Shown here piece by piece: positions 36,601 through 48,200 of a DNA stretch of 64,000 nucleotides. Source of the DNA: Macrostomum lignano (Eukaryota); assembly GCA_002269645.1 (NCBI GenBank), contig NIVC01001009.1, forward strand, positions 153,402-217,401, written 5' to 3'. Under the pieces are notes generated by a model. It was not told the origin of the DNA and ran no database searches. It saw nothing but the letters and a program-made list of their open reading frames with translations. The position numbers and the translations under genes are program-made. Every line of letters begins with the position of its first letter. The first letter of the stretch is position 1.

Positions 36601-38585
36601 AAATCTGACGGCGGCTTCACGTACGACACCTCCGATCTGGCCGCTATTAGACAGCGACTGTTTGCCGAGTCCGCTGATTGGCTGATCTACGTTGTTGATA
36701 TCGGACAGGGAGTGCATTTTAAGGTACGCAGCTTAAAGGCCCTCCTTTATTATTACTCTGCCCATTGTAGCCTCTGTAACAGGTAGGATTTTGGGTCCTG
36801 TCTGCACCTTCTGCTCACGTCGGATAACAAAGAATTGAACTCGAAGCACGGTATTTCTGGGCCCAGGCTGCTGCGGTTCTAGCTACAGCCCAGCCAAGGC
36901 AATGGCTATGCCTTTGGGCCCGCAGATGCGGGCGAGAGAAAAGTGAAGCCAACGCCTCCACTGTCTCTCCTTTCTATTTAAACACTGAAGAACATGCGCG
37001 TGGGAACGAAAACTCTTATAGGCTACATAGATCGAAATGCATACTACGCAGCTAGTTTTAGATGCAGCCGCCCTTTGCAGCTCATATCCCTCCGTGGTTG
37101 AAAAATCTTCGACACCTCGAAGTATAGTTGAAAGTTAAAACGTGCTTGAGAATACCAGCCATGAGTATAATAATGTTGGACTCCTCCAGCCGGGTCGCTA
37201 CCATTCGTCAGTTCGCGCTGCTCTAAGGGGGTCAGTCTCGTCCGCTACCTTGGAAACGGGCATGCAGTCCTCGTGAACTATCTCAAGTAGCTTGACTGGC
37301 ATGTCCATTGCATGCATAGATCGTGCTCCGGTCTTCCTGCCAGATGCACCACAAATTTCCCTCACCGTCTTCTGCTGTGGGGAGACGAGTCTTGGCCTTC
37401 GAGCCGAAACACTGCTCCACTATTGAGACGGATCGCCTCTCAGCGCAGGAAAATTGATCTGCATACCGGTCGCCAAGATAGTGACGTCGGGGTTGACTCT
37501 TTTCTTGTCGATCCATCCGAACGGCCGTTGAACACGCGTCAGTTGGGGCGGCGGCTGTACCGTGGTGGCAGTAGAACTGAACCGCTGTTGCGACTTAATG
37601 CCGTCAAGCACGCCAACGATGCAAGATATCCTCTGGTCGCCGGATCCCGATTTAGTAATGTTGTGCGTCCTTCAACCGGCTTCTATTCAACCCTCTGTTA
37701 TCCTTCGTGACAGGAACTTCGTCTAGCAGACTCACGCGATCAGGGCATGCTTCCCATGTATTCTTCCCATCTATAATTTCCTTCTTTCCCATCTCCCTTT
37801 CTTTTCCCTCTACTTTTTTGCCACAGCCCCAAGCTACCCCCCCCCCAACGTACATGCAACTCTCTTAGCCGTGAACCATTCCCCAGGGCATATTCTCAGC
37901 TGCCGAGAAGGCCGGCTGGCTCAATCCGGCCGTTGCCCGCGTCGACCACGTCGGTTTCGGCGTCGTACTCGGCGAAGATCGCAAGAAATTCAAAACCCGC
38001 AGCGGCGACACAGTCCGCCTGACCGACCTGCTGAACGAGGGTATCGAGCGGGCTGGCGCAAAGCTGGCAGAGAAAGGCCGGGACAAGGAGCTGACGCCTC
38101 AGGAGCTCAAGGCCGCCCAAGAGGCTGTAGCATATGGCTGCATTAAATACGCTGATTTGTCGCACAATCGCAACAATGACTACGTGTTCTCATTTGATAA
38201 GATGCTGGACGATCGAGGCAACACAGCCGTTTACCTGCTGTACGCCTATACTAGGATCAGCTCCATTGCCAGGACCGCCAATCTCAGCCCCGATCAGCTG
38301 CTCAAACTGGCTAAAAGTCCCGGCATCACCGAGCTGCAGCATCCAAAAGAGTGGAAATTGGCTAAACAGCTGCTTCGATTTGCCGACGTTGTTGATAAAC
38401 TGACCCAGGACTTGCTGCTGCACTCGCTGTGCGACTTTCTGTATGAGACCGCCTGCGTCTTCACTGAGTTCTACGATGCCTGCTACTGCATTGAGAAGAA
38501 CCGCGACTCTGGTGAGCTCTCTGTCTGTCTGTCTGTCTGTCTGTGTCTGGGTGTCTGCCTGTCTGTCTGTCTGTTTTTCTGTCCC

Positions 38586-38618
<33 letters not shown>

Positions 38619-38659
38619 GTCTGGGTGTCTGCCTGTCTGTCTGTCTGTTTTTCTGTCCC

Positions 38660-38692
<33 letters not shown>

Positions 38693-38943
38693 GTCTGGGT
38701 GTCTGCCTGTCTGTCTGTCTGTTTTTCTGTCCCTCTGTCTGTCTGTCTGTCTGCCTGCCTGTCTGTGTCTGGGTGTCTGTCTGTCTGTCTGTCTGTTTTT
38801 CTGTCCCTCTGTCTGTCTGTCTGTCTGCCTGCCTGTCTGTGTCTGGGTGTCTGCCTGTCTGTCTGTCTGTTTTTCTGTCCCTCTGTCTGTCTGTCTGTCT
38901 GTCTGCCTGTCTGTGTCTGGGTGTCTGCCTGTCTGTCTGTCTA

Positions 38944-38978
<35 letters not shown>

Positions 38979-39107
38979 GCCTGTCTGTCTGTGTCTGGGT
39001 GTCTGCCTGTCTGTCTGTCTATCTGTCTGTCTGTCTGCCTGTCTGTCTGTCTGTCTGCCTGTCTGTGTCTGGGTGTCTGCCTGTCTGTCTGTCTGTTTTT
39101 CTGTCCC

Positions 39108-39140
<33 letters not shown>

Positions 39141-39465
39141 GTCTGGGTGTCTGCCTGTCTGTCTGTCTATCTGTCTGTCTGTCTGCCTGTCTGTCTGTCT
39201 GTCTGCCTGTCTGTGTCTGGGTGTCTGTCTGTCTGTCTGTCTGTTTTTCTGTCCCTCTGTCTGTCTGTCTGTCTGCCTGCCTGTCTGTGTCTGGGTGTCT
39301 GCCTGTCTGTCTGTCTGTTTTTCTGTCCCTCTGTCTGTCTGTCTGTCTGCCTGCCTGTCTGTGTCTGGGTGTCTGCCTGTCTGTCTGTCTGTTTTTCTGT
39401 CCCTCTGTCTGTCTGTCTGTCTGCCTGCCTGTCTGTGTCTGGGTGTCTGCCTGTCTGTCTGTCTA

Positions 39466-39500
<35 letters not shown>

Positions 39501-40183
39501 GCCTGTCTCTCTGTGTCTGGGTGTCTGCCTGTCTGTCTGTCTATCTGTCTGTCTGTCTGCCTGTCTGTCTGTCTGTCTGCCTGTCTGTGTCTGGGTGTCT
39601 GTCTGTCTGTCTGTCTGTTTTTCTGTCCCTCTGTCTGTCTGTCTGTCTGCCTGCCTGTCTGTGTCTGGGTGTCTGCCTGTCTGTCTGTCTGTTTTTCTGT
39701 CCCTCTGTCTGTCTGTCTGTCTGCCTGCCTGTCTGTGTCTGGGTGTCTGCCTGTCTGTCTGTCTGTTTTTCTGTCCCTCTGTCTGTCTGTCTGTCTGCCT
39801 GCCTGTCTGTGTCTGGGTGTCTGCCTGTCTGTCTGTCTGTTTTTCTGTCCCTCTGTCTGTCTGTCTGTCTGCCTGTCTGTGTCTGGGTGTCTGTCTGTCT
39901 GTCTGTGTCTGGGTGTCTGTCTGCCTGTCTGTGTCTGGGTGTCTGTCTGTCTGTCTGTCTGTTTTTCTGTCCCTCTGTCTGTCTGTCTGTCTGCCTGCCT
40001 GTCTGTGTCTGGGTGTCTGCCTGTCTGTCTGTCTGTTTTTCTGTCCCTCTGTCTGTCTGTCTGTCTGCCTGCCTGTCTGTGTCTGGGTGTCTGCCTGTCT
40101 GTCTGTCTGTTTTTCTGTCCCTCTGTCTGTCTGTCTGTCTGCCTGCCTGTCTGTGTCTGGGTGTCTGCCTGTCTGTCTGTCTA

Positions 40184-40218
<35 letters not shown>

Positions 40219-40717
40219 GCCTGTCTGTCTGTGTCTGGGTGTCTGCCTGTCTGTCTGTCTATCTGTCTGTCTGTCTGCCTGTCTGTCTGTCTGTCTGCCT
40301 GTCTGTGTCTGGGTGTCTGTCTGTCTGTCTGTCTGTTTTTCTGTCCCTCTGTCTGTCTGTCTGTCTGCCTGCCTGTCTGTGTCTGGGTGTCTGCCTGTCT
40401 GTCTGTCTGTTTTTCTGTCCCTCTGTCTGTCTGTCTGTCTGCCTGCCTGTCTGTGTCTGGGTGTCTGCCTGTCTGTCTGTCTGTTTTTCTGTCCCTCTGT
40501 CTGTCTGTCTGTCTGCCTGCCTGTCTGTGTCTGGGTGTCTGCCTGTCTGTCTGTCTGTTTTTCTGTCCCTCTGTCTGTCTGTCTGTCTGCCTGCCTGTCT
40601 GTGTCTGGGTGTCTGCCTGTCTGTCTGTCTGTTTTTCTGTCCCTCTGTCTGTCTGTCTGTCTGCCTGCCTGTCTGTGTCTGGGTGTCTGCCTGTCTGTCT
40701 GTCTGTTTTTCTGTCCC

Positions 40718-40752
<35 letters not shown>

Positions 40753-41020
40753 GCCTGCCTGTCTGTGTCTGGGTGTCTGCCTGTCTGTCTGTCTGTTTTT
40801 CTGTCCCTCTGTCTGTCTGTCTGTCTGTCTGCCTGTCTGTGTCTGGGTGTCTGCCTGTCTGTCTGTCTGTTTTTCTGTCCCTCTGTCTGTCTGTCTGTCT
40901 GCCTGCCTGTCTGTGTCTGGGTGTCTGCCTGTCTGTCTGTCTGTTTTTCTGTCCCTCTGTCTGTCTGTCTGCCTGCCTGTCTGTGTCTGGGTGTCTGCCT
41001 GTCTGTTTTTTTCTGTCCCT

Positions 41021-41060
<40 letters not shown>

Positions 41061-41448
41061 ATGTCTGTCTATCTGTCTGTCTGTCTGTATGTCTGTCTAT
41101 CGTCTGTCTTAGTGTCTGTCTGGGTGTCTGCCTGTCTGTATGTATGTCTATCTTATCCCTCGCTCTCTTATCTGTATTTTTTTCTTTGTCTGTCCGTCTG
41201 TCGGTCCATTTCCTTTGTCCGTATAAGTTTACTATGGTATCTCTCAGACTTTCCAAACGTCTTTGTACATTTGCATGTACGAGTACGGTCGATAGACGAA
41301 CGTATTAAAGCAAGTCGTCCCTCCCGACCCCCTTGCAGGCGAGGTGATCCGCGTGAATCACTGGCGCATCCTGCTGTGCGACGCCACGGCCAAAATCATG
41401 AAGGCTGGCTTAGACATCCTCGGCATCCGGACTGTCGACCGGATGTAG
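33616..41448 (+). CDS. RARS1: Arginyl-tRNA synthetase, cytoplasmic (complete, about 646 aa)
   Basis: Exons 33616-33756, 34554-35171, 35767-35916, 36430-36723, 37887-38511, 41339-41448, all GT-AG with matching phases. N-terminal coiled coil, [65 protein letters not shown], ending GIRTVDRM*. Confidence 0.97.
33803..34465. repeat. 29-bp minisatellite (GTAGAGTAGTTCAGTCTGTTAGGAGTCTG) in RARS1 intron 1
   Basis: Highly homogeneous tandem copies. Confidence 0.95.
35372..35668. mobile_element. PIF/Harbinger-like MITE in RARS1 intron 2
   Basis: About 50-bp TIRs AGGGCCTGTCAACTTAAGCTCATAAGGTGGAGCCCGAGTAACCTATGTA / TACATAGGTTACTCGGGCTCCACTTTATGAGCTCAAGTTGATAGGCCCT with A/T-rich flanks. Confidence 0.75.
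38519..41150. repeat. (CTGT)n-based satellite with 74-bp higher-order unit in RARS1 intron 5
   Basis: The GTCTGGGTG landmark recurs at 40381, 40455 and 40529 (period 74). Confidence 0.95.
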
Positions 41449-44169
41449 TAGGCTCCTAGACTGGAAACCCAAAGCTGAAAATTTATCTTTTAATAATTAA
41501 AATGTAGCTGAAATATTAGGTGCGCCTGTGTTTTGCTTTTCTGAAGTAGCCAGGATTGTTGCTTCCTTTGGATTCGGTGTTCTTTTATAGATTTCTCTCG
41601 CCTTCTATTTGCTACAATGTTTAGCTGTCTTTTCAATTATACAGCTATTTTATTTAGTATCAAATCCGCGTCTCTGCAGATTGTTTCTGTGAGATGAAGT
41701 AATCGTTGAACTTTAGTTTTGTCCAAACTGCTACCAGAATCGCTGTTTAGTTTATTGTCTAATGATTAGCTTTAATTATCTTCCTAAAAATCTGCTCTTC
41801 ATTCCCTTTTCTAGGAATCACCCCTTTATTGCCCTTTCTAGAAATCGCCTTTTCTTTTTTAAGACAAGCCTGTCAAGTGTGTTTCCTACAAGCTAAACGT
41901 GCACAAAATTCTCTTCTATCTTTTTCTCGTTCAAGTGCGTTTTCTCATTGTTCTAGACAGAATGATAAGCACACTGGTATAAAATCACTTCGTGACTTTA
42001 ACCTGATTTATATCTCTTCTGTTTATGAATTTTATTACATAACTAACCCACTACGCGTCGGTAATATGAGTAAAATAACCCGAAAAAAGCTATATGATTT
42101 GCTTGACAAGTGATTTCTCTGTAAGGAAAGAATCGGTTTCGAGAAAATCAGTGGCACAAATACAATGCAGGCAGGAGCTCTGATAAAACAAGGAATATTT
42201 GATCAGATCGCAGGAATTGAATTTTTTCGTCCGCTATTGTCGACTTTCTCTCTGCATAGTAGCCGCCTTCTTGTTGCGGAGAAAAACCTGTCACTATCTT
42301 TGAGCATCTGCTTGATTGTAAATAAGCTCACACTGGCACTTAAGTATTTCCCACACTTACAATAGACTACATATTAGCCCAAGTATGCTACTGTTAGTAG
42401 CACTATGAGAACGATCGGTCCAGAGGAAAGTAGTTTGTCAAAATGCTAAGTTGGCTGCCCAAAAAAAAGTTCTCTCGACAATGACACGGACATTGTTTAT
42501 TGTATTTAGCATATTTTGATTCGATTTATAAGTTCATCCACCTTGCATAGGTGTTTTCATATCATACACAATCCGGTGCATATAGGTGTCATTTTAAGTG
42601 TTAAGTAATATTTAATCTTACAGGTCGCTAATACTATTTTGATGGTAGTAATTATGAATAATATACTCGTAGTAACAAATGTAGATAACTGCAAGAGCTA
42701 TACTGTAAGACTCACAGCGCATGCAAGCTGTTTCAACCTGCTTCGTACAAACATGTACAAACCTGTTAGGCTCATATACATGCTTGGCATATCATATGCA
42801 TATGTACGAGTATTTAGCTGCACTTGCTGATATAGTAGTCTCTGAGTATAGTTATTATTTGGACTATATTGACAGGGTCTCGGGGTGGGTTTGGTGTATC
42901 TGATAATAGGGGACACGCTAAAATATGCGGGCTGGGATCGGAGTTCGCATTCTCAAGTATGTTCATTTCAGTAAAATGGCTAAGGGCTAAGGAGATCTAA
43001 GACCAGAACCTGGAGTGCCAACTCTTTTCCAAGCCCTCGTTTTCAGACAGCTTAGACTGACTGGCTGCAGGTTTTCAGTTGACATACGAAATATAGACTA
43101 TATAGTGTCAAGACAAACATCGCGTCAGTTTTATTATATTGAATTTAACTAAATTTTAACTGAATTCATCCTTACTTCGGTTGCACCAAAGCATTTTTGA
43201 CAGTTGACACTGGAAACGAGGATTTGGGGATGCTGTACTCCATCATTTACTGGTTCTAGGTTCTTGATATAGCCCGGATAGTATGGCTACTAACTAGTAG
43301 TAGCTGGTAAAGCTAAGTTTCGAAATAACGCTAATAGATAATCTTGTAAAGTAAAAAACGCTTCCTGAGCATTGATCTAAGCTTATTTGTAATTCAGCTT
43401 AACAGTACGAGTATTAGCGGACAGCTGTCTATACTGTGGGTAGAGCGATTAATATCCTTTACATGCAAGACTTGATCTGTCATAAAGAATATGATCATAC
43501 ACTTAATAAACTTATATAGAATTTGCAAGTGGCAGTGCCAGTTTTAAGTGGCTGCAGTCTGCTGTGCTCGTCTGGTCACTCTGAATTCTAAATTTTAGCT
43601 CCTATTGAATTTTGCCCATGCAGTGTGCAGTCTGTCCCAGATAACCCGAGTGGAGAGGACAGTTCATTTGTGAGCAGAGGGGAGGGCGGGCAGTCATTCA
43701 ATAGCTTAGTTGTACGAGCTAGTAGTTGCTATGGGGCCTCAATGGTTAAGATAATTAGCCAGATTATAAACTCCAGGCATGGGGGTTTTAATGGAGCCGG
43801 GGCTTAATTGTAGAAAATCCGGGTTGAGTGCGTATGTTGAGAAATCAATGTTCATGTCGCAATCTGGGGGTCCCTCATCAAATTTTGAGCCTCGTGTTGG
43901 TTTGCGCTGGTGTGTCCTCTTGGAGGGCCATTTTTTTGATTGCCATTTGAAGTGGCTGTCCAATTTGAGTCTCCAAGGCATTCGAGTGTGGGGGGAGATG
44001 GCGACTGGACTGGAAACACCTGCTGTCTGCCAGTTGCGTTGAAAGAGCTGCGCACTGACCCCCACTGCCTTTTTATCATTGTGCTGGCTAGTCTCTTCAA
44101 TCACAATCACATGCTCTCCGGTTCCTGATTGATTACGATTACATGCTTGCCTGTGTTCTTGAAACTGAT

Positions 44170-44700
44170 TCTTTTACCTACATAAACCTACCTGTTTATC
44201 TACCTACCTGTCTGAATGCCCACTTACCTGTTTGCCCTACCTACGTTCTTACCTACCTACCTACCTGCATGTCTACCTACCTACCTGCATGTCTACCTAC
44301 CTACCTGCATGTCTACCTACCTACCTGCTTGTCTACCTACCTACCTGCTTGTCTACCTACCTACCTGTCTGAATGCCCACTTACCTGTTTGCCCTACCTA
44401 CGTTCTTACCTACCTACCTACCTGCATGTCTTACCTACCTACCTGCATGTCTACCTACCTACCTGCTTGTCTACCTAGCTACCTAGCTACCTACCTAAAT
44501 ATCGACCTACGTACCGTACCTACTTACTTACCTACTACTAACTAACTACCGATCTACCTATCCATTGTCTGCTTACCTACCTAACTACCTGCTTACTCTA
44601 CCTACCAACCTGCTTATCTACCTAGCTACCTTCTACCTTCATGCATCGTTCACCTACCCGCCTGCTTACCTCCCTACCTTTCTACCTACCTAGTGATCTT
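44170..44700. repeat. (CTAC)n imperfect microsatellite
   Basis: Read directly. Confidence 0.9.
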
Positions 44701-45235
44701 TCTGATCTGATCATATACGAGCTATTGTATAATTTATGCATGTATCTATCGATGGATGTAAATGTACACAGAAACCACGTCTGCCAGCTATAGTAGACAA
44801 TACATTAGTTTGTACCTAGAGTACAGACAGAACGTAGGGAGGAAGGATTAATATGCGCTCGCACTATAACAAGTTTATTACTGAGGGATTGCTGGATTTA
44901 AGAGCGAAATTATAGGGATTGTGAATGCGAGATGTTTGGAACCATAAAAGCGGTGAAGTTTCACTTTAACACAGCAAAAAACTGGTAAATTTAAATACGA
45001 GTACTATTTGACACCACTTTTTGACTTGTGTGTCCCGTGTTAATGAATTGGTAAAACTCTGAGTCGCCCCCTCAGCCCATGGACCAATGACAGACCAAGA
45101 CGCGAGGGGTTGGTGGCGCCAGCGGAGGGTGGGGTGGGTGGCGGAGCGACCTGCCGAGACAAGCCTCAAAAATCCCCCCACAGCCAGACAGCCTATTTTC
45201 CTGACCAGATTTTAAACTGCAGCGTCAGCGTAGCC

Positions 45236-48200
45236 ATGATTGAACCGCGACCTCTGACCTTGCGAAGCCAAGAGCAGCAGCAGCAGCAGCAGCAGCTTCC
45301 AGTTGCCATGGATACGGTTGTCACCAAGTCAACCGGACAGGCCATGGCAAGCACAAATTTTTCCATTGCTGGAATTTTGGCCAACTCGAAAAGACGACCA
45401 GATGAGGAGCATTTCTATGGTAAGATCTCAGTCTCACTGGCGGGAGCGACCCCATTCTGAAATTTATAAATTCAATTCTTTATTTCTAAAACTGCAACAG
45501 ATGTGAATGTGAAACCATAGATGAATTTGTATGAAAAATACCATTATTTCAGAAAAAATGATCCCCATATTTGAATACCTACTTATATAATGATTCAAAT
45601 TCTGCGAATGCTGATATGACTGAATTGATGCTTATACATTACGCTCATCATACACCTGAATAGAAAATTTTCATAACTTCAATGCCGCACTATTTGCTGC
45701 TAAACCGCAAGACACTGCATGCCCTATATGCAAAAAAATTCACCGCACACCAAAATCCGCCACTCAGCAGCCGCAGCACTCAGCCAGCATCGTCATCAGC
45801 ATCATCAGACCATGGAAAATAATTATCCGCACACTATTGGCGAAATCGGCGTGGGCGGTAGCTCCGCTGCCATGACTACAGATCCCGATAGCAACGAAGA
45901 GTTGGATGACGAGGACGGTGGCGGGGGCGGAGGCGGCGGCGAAGTCGGTGCCGCAGCGTCAAACGCCGATGATCTGCAGCCAGAGGACTCGATCGACGAC
46001 AAGGACGAGGAGGCGCCGAGGAAGATTCGCCGGTCGCGGACGACTTTCACCACTTTTCAGCTGCACCAGCTGGAGCAGGCGTTTGAGAAGTCGCAGTATC
46101 CCGACGTGTTCACTAGAGAGGAGCTAGCGCAGCGGCTTCAGCTTAGCGAGGCTCGGGTGCAGGTGAGCTGCTTGGTTGTTTGGTTGATTGACAGCTTTAG
46201 TTTACTGATTGATGTACATGTTCAGAGATGCGCCTGCTGCACAATTGCCCGTACTGCAAATTTCACCAACTATAAACTTTAGAAGCTTTAAATTTCCGTT
46301 CGATTTCGAGGAGTGAATGAGTGGGTGAATGAGAGTGAAAGGGAGTGAATAAGAGTGAGAGGGAATGAATGAGAGTGAGAGAGTGTGAATGAGAGTGAGA
46401 GGGAGTGAATGAGAGTGAGAGGGAGTGAATGAGAATGGGAGAGGGAGTGAATGAGAATGGGAGAGAGTGAATGAGAGTGAGAGGGAGTGAATGAGAGTGA
46501 GAGGGAGTGAATGAGAGTGAGAGGGAGTGAATGAGAATGGGAGAGGGAGTGAATGAGAATGGGAGAGAGTGAATGAGAGTGAGAGGGAGTGAATGAGAGT
46601 GAGAGGGAGTGAATGAGAGTGAGAGGGAGTGAATGAGAGTGAATGAGAGTGAGAGGGAGTGAATGAGAGTGAGAGAGGGTGAATGAGAGTGAGAGGGAGT
46701 GAATGAGAGTGAATGAGAGTGAGAGGGTAGTGAATAAGAGTGAGAGGGAGTGAATGAGAGTGAGAGGGAGTGAATGGGAGTGAGAGAGGGTGAATGAGAG
46801 TGAGAGGTAGTGAATGAGAGTGAATGAGAGTGAGAGGGAGCGAATGAGAGTGAGAGGGTAGTGAATGAGAGTGAATGAGAGCGAGAGGGAGCGAATGAGA
46901 GTGAGAGGTAGTGAATGAGAGTGAATGAGAGTGAGAGGGGGGAATGAGGGAGTTGAAATGTAAACGAAGAACTAGAGACAAAGAAAATAGTTTAAATTAC
47001 TGAATTAAAAGCAATTTCAATATGGCTTGAGAACTAAATAGCATCCAAAGTCTGAAAAATCGTATTTCAAAATTGCAGTAGTGATCAAAGCCAAACAAAC
47101 CAACCATATAGGTCGTAAGCACATTCTTTTTAATTTTAGTCCCGCACTCAGGATTCATATATCTGCACACGATTCTATATGACCATAATATCGCTGGGGA
47201 CAAACAGCTTTGATTTCTTTCGCCCCCCATGCGGCCCTCCGGCTTAATGGACAGGAAATTGTTGGACAGATGTCAAACGCACAATTCTGAAGTATGGCTT
47301 CGCAATTTCTACTCAAAGCTTTGAATGAAGTCTGTCGATAAAAGCGCGCATTTAATAATCTATCAGCTAATTCGCTGCTCGTTCGTTGGTGCGAATTTCG
47401 TTTCTGTATAGCGAGTCCTACCCGGCCCGAGCTCTGAGGAGATTCTCTCACTCACGGGCAATTAGGCCGGAACTCAAGGCTGCGGGCTGGCATTCCTGCG
47501 GCTATACTCCAACAGACAGGGGGCGGATGAGGGTGGGCAGGGGGGGGCAAAAAAGTGATCAACGAGGCGGAAATAATGGAATTAGCGGTGGGATCTGCTG
47601 AATTGGCTAAATGTAGGCTTGTTTATTTCTGTGGCCAATTTATATTTTATATAGATTCAATTGAGAAGACTCGAGGGTGCGACAGAGAAATCCCTCTGCT
47701 CAAGTGGACTAAACTTCTATATGCGGCTGTCTCTTCTCACTCTCCATGTTAGTTCATCCTCTGATCTAGTGATCTCTCCCGTCTGCTCTCTTCTACTGAC
47801 CCCTCTTACTTCTCCCTTTATCTTCTCTCCACCAACACCCTGTCCCTGCATTGTATCCAGCGCCCTGTCACCCTGTATCCAGTGCCCTGTCACCCTGTAT
47901 CCAGCACCCTGTCACCCTGTATCCAGTGCCCTGTCACCCTGTATCCAGTGCTCTGTCACCCTGTATCCAGCACCCTGTCACCCTGTATCCAGTGCCCTGT
48001 CACCCTGTATCCAGTGCCCTGTCACCCTGTATCCAGCACCCTGTCACCCTGTATCCAGCACCCTGTCACCCTGTATCCAGCACCCTGTCACCCTGTATCC
48101 AGTGCCCTGTCACCCTGTATCCAGCACCCTGTCACCCTGTATCCAGTGCCCTGTCACCCTGTATCCAGCACCCTGTCACCCTGTATCCAGCACCCTGTCA

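Noticed and set aside
37240-37720. GC-rich block in RARS1 intron 4 with a PHRLLLW-like stretch, possibly a decayed RTE-type LINE 3' end
   Set aside because: Similarity too fragmentary to support a call without a database search.
38157-41459. ORFs of 571-1100 aa (SVCL/RQTD repeats)
   Set aside because: Read-through of the (CTGT)n intronic satellite; only 38157-38511 and 41339-41448 are real RARS1 exon sequence.
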